Shown here: positions 56,593-64,000 of the stretch, in pieces
Layout of the letters: every line of letters begins with the position of its first letter
Numbering within the stretch: the first letter of the stretch is position 1
Source: Octopus sinensis
Lineage: Eukaryota
Assembly (NCBI RefSeq): GCF_006345805.1
Contig: NC_043019.1
Span: forward strand, 18,475,360-18,539,359
Reading direction: 5' to 3'
DNA: 64,000 nt
Program-made: the position numbers and the translations under genes
Notes under the pieces: model-generated
What the model was told of the DNA's origin: nothing
Databases searched by the model: none
Seen by the model: only the letters and a program-made list of their open reading frames with translations

Positions 56593-57476
56593 GGAGTCGC
56601 AATGGCCCAGTGGTTAGGGCAGCGGACTCGCAGTCGTAGGATCGCGGTTTCGTTTCCCAGACCGGGCGTTGTGAGTGTTTATTGAGCGAAAACACCTAAA
56701 GCTCCTCTAGGCTCCAGCAATGGGTGGTGGCGATCCCTGCTGTACTCTTTCTCTCACTCTTTCTTCTGTTGGCCTGCTCGCTTAGCCAGCATGGTGGCGT
56801 CATTTGAAGGCTAAAAAACAATGTGAAGCGCATTGTGACCAGCGATGGGCGATGTTACGGTTCTAGTATATTTTACGTCAACTGACCACGTGTATTTGTT
56901 TACATATGATCGTCAATTTCCATAAAAAACTTTTATTTTTTTACATATGGGGTTGGGAGGAAATGGGATCTTTTGAAGTAATGGAAGCGAAAGAGACTAA
57001 ATTGTAAATTTTACGAAGTCCTCTCCCCACCTCCTTGGAAAAGATTTTCCCTCATAATTTTCTTTATAATTGTAATCTATACCGTTTGAAAGGTATTTCT
57101 ATAAAATTTCAATGAAAAAATATACCCCGCCACTTTCCTAAAAGTTACAAGCGAAAAGCTCGGATCTTGTGAATTTTTCGAAGTCCTCTCCCTACCCCGT
57201 TGGAAAAGATTTTCCTCAGAAATTTCTTTGGAATCGTAATGTATGCCGTTTGAAAGGTATTTGTTTAAAATTTTATAGAGAAAAAATCCCATTTTCCTAA
57301 AAGTTACGAGGGAAAAGCTCGGACCTTGTTAATTTTCCGAAGTCCTCTCCCTACCCTCCCGTTGCTTTGCGCACAATTTTTTTTTTTTTTCATATTCGTT
57401 TCCTTAAACATTGTTTTACATCCATTCCAGTATATTTTTTGGATTTCCATTTCCGGGTCAAGATTAAACATTAACC
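54793..57476. mobile_element. Non-autonomous foldback/TIR DNA transposon with ~470-bp TIRs and 8-bp TSD
   Basis: Arms 54793-55258 and 57002-57476 (GGTTAATG...CATTAACC) flanked by GAGAGAAA on both sides; each arm has three ggagaggacttcg subrepeats ~160 bp apart. Confidence 0.88.
56592..56850 (+). mobile_element. tRNA-derived SINE nested in the foldback element
   Basis: ggagtcgcaatggcccagtggttagggcagcggactcg...ggtttcgtttcc tRNA-like head after a (CA)(TA) run. Confidence 0.6.
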
Positions 57477-57489
57477 GAGAGAAACTATA

Positions 57490-58240
57490 GTAATTCAACC
57501 TTTTCTACTGCTGGATTGTACTTTGAGAACTATTGTTGTTGCTTCAGAAGCACTGATCCACTCTTCCTAGCCATTCTGTTAGTTAGGTCCCAGGAGTTGA
57601 GCGGCGGCGAAAACTGAACGCCTTTTGTGAGGCGTAGTGTTAGTGGCCGTAAATAGGAGGGAGCGAGTAGAGTACTGAGCGTCAGGGAGTACGTGCTGCC
57701 GGTGATTTGCATTCAATCCTTTAGACTTCAGTGCCAAAGTAATGGTCTTTCATAAGATTGAATTGAGCCTTTCGACCTGGCTCTTCCCCACTGGATTGTA
57801 TGGGGTCGTCCTGCTGGAGGAATTGCCTCAGTTCAGCTGATATGAAGGTAGCGCTACGATCAAAATGGATAAAAGAAGGGAGTCCAAACATCGAAAATAG
57901 TTGGCAGAGACAATGAATAACAGTAGCGGCTGATACACTTGAACATGCGAACGCAAACGGAAAGTGAGAAAATTCATCGATAATTGTCAGTAGATATTTG
58001 TTGAGATTAATGGATGGGAGTGGACTCACGAATGGTTGATTGGCCTTCGCAAGTTTGGTTGTCGGTGGCCGTATGATGGACTCTCCCATCGAAGAGGACG
58101 TGTGTCGAACGACCTGCACAAATGACTTGTTTATAGTGATCAAATGTTCGTGCTGCATATTGGCTCACTGTCTCCTTCAAATCGATGTTGTCTGAAGAGG
58201 TGCGCGGTTTACCACGCGTCAAGTACCAAAGTAACTGTAG
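57490..58240 (-). mobile_element. Degenerate Gypsy-type LTR retrotransposon integrase fragment
   Basis: ORF 57721..58158: YLLTIIDEFSHFPFAFAC...LFSMFGLPSFIHFDRSATFISAELRQFL (rve core DDE region). Confidence 0.75.
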
Positions 58241-59067
58241 AACAATGTGATGTATGTATGTAGGTAGGTAGGTAGATAGAGAGTGGGGGTGAATATCTAC
58301 TTTGTGTACTTTCAGTTTCTAGACCGAGTGGTGTGTTGTGTTCTTGAAAAATAAAAACACGTCATCAAAACTAAGCAAAACTTGATCCTTTACCATAAAA
58401 AACATTTATTTACTAAACGTTTTGACAGTTGTCATGACAACCATTGCTGCTGTCAGTGCTTTTTTCGTTCAGTTTGTAACATATACCTATGGAAACTGTA
58501 ACTTATTAGGCCGTTCGGCGGTGATCCTTTAATCATGATCCATGCTTGAAGAAAGAGAAGTACCTCGATTTATCAATTTCGATACATCTTTTGCAAGGTG
58601 TTAGCCTCAATCTGGCTCATTACAAATTTGTGACTGTTGCTGTCCATTTGTTGGTATCTTATGTATAGAGGTGTGCGATATTACTTAGTAACTGATTTAA
58701 TAAGTGTAACGTTTGCAAAGATAGATTGGTACTAAGAAAAACAAAAGAAGAAACTATTTCCAAAAAGAATGTTATAAAAGAGAAGCGAGAATGTTTACGA
58801 AAATAGGAGATAGAGATGTACAAGAAGGATAAATAAAGAAATAAAAGAATGGTTATTTCAACAGTATTGCTTATGAAGATAATTCAAAAGATCGTAGAAT
58901 GAGCAGTGGGAAGCAAAAAATGTTTGTAACAAAAAAGGTGAGAGACTGTAATGTTTATGAAGGCAGAAGAAAGGAAAGGTGTTGTGGTTGTGTGATAAAC
59001 AGAAATGAAATATTTAACTTTTAAGAATTTTCAATGACGTACTTACTTGGGATGTATTAAAAGTAAG

Positions 59068-59452
59068 GGATTTTTTCCTTTTGAACGGCACTTTTCAACA
59101 CAATTTCTAGTTAACTAAACACTTTTAAGCTTCGTATACTGGTAGAATGTGTTTATAAAACATCATTTTTTCTTGGCTTTATTGAGAAAATTCTATATTT
59201 TTAATTTCGAGCATTTCGGCAGTTTTAACCAATCGCTTACGTCCATTTAGGTAAATAACATTCTGTGCATAATGAATATGTCCCTCCTTTAAGAAACAGA
59301 TTGGGTTTATTTACATTTGTGAAGAAAAAAGATACCCTTCCCCTTCCCCCACCCCTAACCCTAACCCTAACATTCTACCAGTATACGAAGTTTAAAACTT
59401 TTTAGTTACCTAGAAATTATGTTACAAAGTGCCGTTCAAAAGGAAAAAATCC
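59068..59452. mobile_element. MITE (385 bp), ~85-bp TIRs, 8-bp TSD
   Basis: GGATTTTTTCCTTTTGAACGGCAC.../...GTGCCGTTCAAAAGGAAAAAATCC flanked by AAAGTAAG on both sides; carries (CCCTAA)3 at ~59352-59370. Confidence 0.85.
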
Positions 59453-60589
59453 AAAGTAAGAATAGATGCATCTTGCCTTATCTTCTAGCGAGGGGTAAGG
59501 AAAAGAAACTTACGTTGAGACTTACTATTACTATAAAAGAACGTGTTGCTTGAGAACAATTTCGTTTTTGCGATATCAATGTTTAAAGACACTGGACATA
59601 GCACGATCAAGTCAGAAATACTTTCATGTAATAAACTTTGACATTTTATTTACTGTGAAGGATAAAAGTTTTTCTCGATACTGATTATCTGCGATTTTCT
59701 AGAGGTAATAAACCAAGAGACAAAATACTCGTCTATATTCTAAGTATCAATGTATATGTATTTATTCATATATAAGTACGATACAGTCAACTAAAAACTT
59801 TTTCTATCTTTACTCCTAGCATTGAATCTTGTTGAATGTAATAAAGGATTCTTGTTTTTATTCAAGTACGGTAAAAGTTGTACAGTTACAGTATAATTAT
59901 TACTGTTTACAAAGAACTGTTCCACCGACAAGATATTTTGGCCGGTATTTAAATATTTCAGGGACTTGCTTACAGTCTAAAATAGAAGAAAAGAAAAGTA
60001 TAAATTATATAAAATAGTAAATTGTTAATATGTGTAGAATGATACAATTTATTTTGAAGATTGGGGAAAAGGATTCAGGGCAAAATTACGATGAGTACTG
60101 TTACTGTCAAACTGGAGAACATGCTTTTGTTAACATTTGAAGAAGATCGTCGCTTTCCGTAGATTTATAAAAAAAAATTTACATACGTGGGGTGACAGGG
60201 AAGGGTATCTTTTGAAGTCGGCGTAAAAGCGAGACAGAGATTGGATCGGGGAAGTTCTTTTGAAGTTGGCCTTCCGTCTGTGTCTGTGTGAGTGCTACAA
60301 TTTTGTTCCTGCTGCTAACCTTTTTTTCTCTCGGTTTATTTTTTTTTTTTGTTTGTTGGTGATTTAATGATCAGATTCATAGATACGTTTTTATCAATGT
60401 TTTTTTCGTTTATATTTGTTTTGAAATGTAGTGTTACGAAGGTAAAATTAACGGGAAAACGTTATGGAGTTGAACCGGCGGGGAAAAAAATGTTCTTTGT
60501 CTTGTCAACGGCAACGGTAAAAATTAATGAGTTTTAGGGACTGATCTCTGATCTCCACGGCCAGGGAAAGTTTATAAAAAAATAAAAAA

Positions 60590-61349
60590 TGTTACCCTAT
60601 ATATATCGCAGTAGTTGGGAGATGCGGCGAGTCGATGCGGACAGCCAGCCAAGAGATGATGACGGCGAGAGACAGACAGGCACGAAAGACGGTCAGTTAG
60701 CGAAATGAATATTTGTAGTAGGAGCTGAAATTGTTGCAGACTCGGAACGTGTCGGTAATGTTTTTGATTGATTTGTGTTTTTATTTGTGATTTGAATTAT
60801 GATGTTTGAAAAAGAGACTCTGTGACATAAACTGTAAAAAAAATGAAAAAAAAGAGAAGGGACTCTGTGACGTAATCCGTTGAAAAGAAAAGGAAAAAAA
60901 AGAACTTGTAAATGTTTAAAAAAAACAGAAAAGCTGATGAAAAAGGATCTTTGAGAACGAACTCTCTGTGTAGGAAAAGAAAGGAGAAAGACTATTTGTT
61001 GTGATTTTGTATTGTGTTGCATGTCAACCAATTGATTTGTTTAGAAAAGTCGGACGTTGTGTTTTGCTAAATGACATTGATTGCTTTGTTTTTAACTCTG
61101 TGTACGATCTGTTAATTGATTTGGGGTAATCGAACAGTTGTATTACGTTTTAAATGTATTTGAAATGTTTCAATTGATGTTGTGAATTATATAAAAATTG
61201 TTAAATTGTCCCGCTGTCTTTGTTGTTGTGTTGGTTACTGGCTTGCGTTCGCTGCCCATCTCTGCTTTCTGTGGTGGATTTCCGTTTGACTGAGAGTAGT
61301 CGTCGTCGCCGACTTAAGGTCCTGAGTTGAGTTGAGCGACGGCGTAACA
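60590..61349. mobile_element. Solo-LTR-like element
   Basis: TGTTAC...GTAACA termini; the right end resembles 6455-6530; no TSD found. Confidence 0.4.
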
Positions 61350-62411
61350 GTATTATATAAATACAGGCCCGTAATTCCATTCTTGTTAGTATGAATCAGG
61401 AAGCCCTTAGATGCAGAGACATTTGGAACTTAAAATCTTTCATTTTATTTTCGTTTTGCACACACACGCCTGTACGCACAAACACAAGCAGAGACAAAAT
61501 TTTGCACACACACACCTGTACACACAAACACCGACTCACAAGCACACAGACACACAAACACTCTCTCTCTCACACACACACATGCACATCAATTCTTCCG
61601 ATTCACGCCAACTTCAAAAGAACTTCCCTCATACAATCGCGCACTCTCTCTCTCTCGCTTTCACACCAACTTCAAAGACCCCATTTTCCCCCAACCCCAT
61701 ATGTAAAAATTAATTATTTTTTTACGGAAATCGACGATCATTTTCACAAAAGTGGTTTGTAACTAGCAGTCGTGTGTTCTTGTAACGAAAGGTTGCCAGA
61801 TTCGGTTATTCGATCCCAGTACTTAACAGGTATCTTATTTTGTTGATTTGCTTGTAAACGGGTTAATAGAAATTTAGTTTCTTCCATTTACAAAAATGCC
61901 CTTTACTCTCGTACAAAGTGTGTAGCACCGATAAATAATAGATATTTTCCAATTCGCTTTTACACATCCAAGTTTAAGCTGTCTATTTTTCTATTCACTC
62001 ACCTGCAAATAGCTCACAGTATTGTACTCTCTTGAGAGAATTACGTACATAATTTACACATACATCGAAGAATAGACGTGTGTGTTTGTGTATGTGTGCG
62101 TTCATACATCTACTGTGTCAGGCTATGTTCAGTTATAACATACAACCTATTTGTCGCTTCTGATCAACAAGCTACAGGAGAACTTCCTCTCTTCGCGATT
62201 AAAAATGAAATGTCGAGTGCCAAAGGAGTCTTAATTACTGAGAAGTACAATCGAAATATGTTAAAGATAAAATAGAATTGATTGCACATATGTAGCAAAT
62301 TACTGATGAGATAAGCAGTAGGCAGAGTTCAAATTTGTCAAAGCTAATAATAAAGCTCACACGTTAGTATTGAAGGAGAATTTCTGTACTTTATTTCAAA
62401 GGTGTGAAGAC

Positions 62412-63720
62412 TTAATGCATGTTTTTTATTTCATCAGACCTTGTTCGTCTCGGAATGATTGGTAATGTCTGCCTGAAGTCTTCTGATAAAACTAATGTAA
62501 TTCCCCCTATAGACTTATTGTTGCCTCTTATGTCCTGTAACACTTCTGCTGAACTTGAACCTTTGCTTATGTTACAAATTGGACTGTCATTTGTGACCAG
62601 GTTTAGCAAAATGAGCTGTTTGTCCTCCTGGGAGAATGGTGGCAGCAATGTCAGACGATGTTACAGCAACTGCAATTCTTTTGTGCTGCCTTGCCTTGAA
62701 GAAAAGCAATGTCGTTACAAATATTTTACCTGTACCACCAGGAGCATCAAGAAAGAAAATTCCTCTACATTTTTTCTGTGACTGACGAAATAATTTTAAC
62801 ATATGCTCAACGTTATTCTGGAAGAAATTTAGGTTCATGTTCATTAATAAATGCAGTCAAACTCTGTGATGCCATAATTTGGCTCTCTTGCTATGTTTCT
62901 TAAAGTTAAATCACTAATTTGATAGTTTGTTTTTGGCAGACTCTTGCAAATTTTTGTCACCCATGGCCACAACTTGATCCTCAATTTCAATCAATGCTTC
63001 ATTAAAAATTGTTTCAGAGAACTGAATATTGATATCTGGGTTTTCCTGTTGAACTGCATACTTTAAGTCCTCAGACATGTCCTCACGATGTTTCATCCAA
63101 AGCTGTAGGAGAATGCCAAGTTGACACATGTTCAGTATAATTGCAAAAAAGGTTGCGGAGTTTCCTTGGAGAATCTGATACAGGTACTTCAGTCAATGCA
63201 AGGTCCCAATGCTCACCATTTTTAAAAAAAGCCTTGTTGATAGCATGCTTCCCTATAAGTTTCACACATGCAACCATTTACTTTCCTCAAATCTGAAAAT
63301 GATTTGGGACCACATACTTCATGCATTCTGCTTGGCTTGGGTGGACACTGTAAACTTGTGCAAGAGCATCAGCCCCATGTTTCCTCTCATACCATTTATT
63401 GTTTCTCCAAGTGTAATACTTGAGTAATTGTGGGTAAAGAAGTTTTCTTGCATCTTCATCTACTTGACACAACTTAAAAAAGGCAGTAAGGGTAGTTTCA
63501 TTTGTAGAAAGTGTTTGTTGCAAGGCTGTTTGTTTTGTGAAGATAACCCTGTGGTCATTCTCTCGATGGTCACTCAAATGAATGATGGCTGGGTGCCTCT
63601 CACAAATGAGAAAATTGAAGAAGTGCCAAAAAGTCTCATTGGTACTCATGTATCTTCCTTTGTTATACTTTGCAACTTCGTCATTTTTATTTATCTGTTG
63701 ACTGCCATTTTACATAAGAA
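62412..63720 (-). pseudogene. Second, older Helitron helicase remnant
   Basis: FFLDAPGGTGK, VTSSDIAATILPGGQTAH, LSEDFRQTLPII, TTLTAFFKLC...LYPQLLKYYTW; frameshifted. Confidence 0.8.
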
Positions 63721-63816
63721 TGTATGTTGTAACATCTAAACTTTTGTGTATATGTTTGCAAACATACTTAATAGAGTTAATAGAGTTTCAGAAGTCTACA
63801 TTGACAACTTTGAAAA

Positions 63817-63999
63817 TTAAAGGTTGCCTACCTTCCTTTTTTTCCCCTTTTTTTCCGGAGAGGTCTCTACCTCCTCGACTACCTCCATCTCTCCCTCAAG
63901 AGGAGGAGGGGTCTCTTCTACAACCAACTGTTCCAGGATCCTACTCTGGTCCTGGGGACAGTTCTTTTTGATGTGGCCCAGTTCCAGGCACAGGTGACA
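63817..63999 (-). CDS. 3' end of another CCHC zinc-knuckle ORF1/gag-like ORF (starts beyond the window)
   Basis: Hand translation: CHLCLELGHIKKNCPQDQSRILEQLVVEETPPPLEGEMEVVEEVETSPEKKGKKRKVGNL*. Confidence 0.7.
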   Translation of the reverse strand, partial: CHLCLELGHIKKNCPQDQSRILEQLVVEETPPPLEGEMEVVEEVETSPEKKGKKRKVGNL

Positions 64000-64000
64000 C

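Noticed and set aside
56592-56665. tRNA-like sequence as a real tRNA gene (also 48713, 49222)
   Set aside because: No complete cloverleaf; it continues into a SINE body, so it is a SINE head.

Overview
AT-rich eukaryotic (animal) genomic DNA made almost entirely of repeats. The very long (TA)n/(CA)n microsatellites, tRNA-headed SINEs, RTE LINE tails, Penelope-like elements and Helitrons resemble an octopus/cephalopod genome (inference, not verifiable here). Main content: (1) at 1-4.9 kb, three head-to-tail, mutually diverged, intronless minus-strand ORFs with an RRM-like region plus a CCHC zinc knuckle (LINE ORF1/gag-like), with no ORF2/RT between them and conserved junction motifs; a fourth knuckle ORF enters at the right window edge. 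(2) Several Penelope-like retroelements (RT + GIY-YIG), one with ~820-bp inverted terminal arms. Four predicted type-I hammerhead ribozymes occur: three in Penelope ends and one 46-nt minimal hammerhead in a short non-coding unit. (3) Two 5'-truncated RTE LINEs and many RTE tails. (4) A 4.2-kb Helitron with both termini plus a second Helitron remnant. (5) Two GG...CC TIR elements with exact 8-bp TSDs, solo-LTR-like elements, a Gypsy integrase remnant and SINEs. (6) Two candidate host exons at 53.6-54.2 kb. Most ORFs in the supplied track (YI/IY-, HT-, CV-rich) are microsatellite artefacts. Identities quoted are by-eye estimates.
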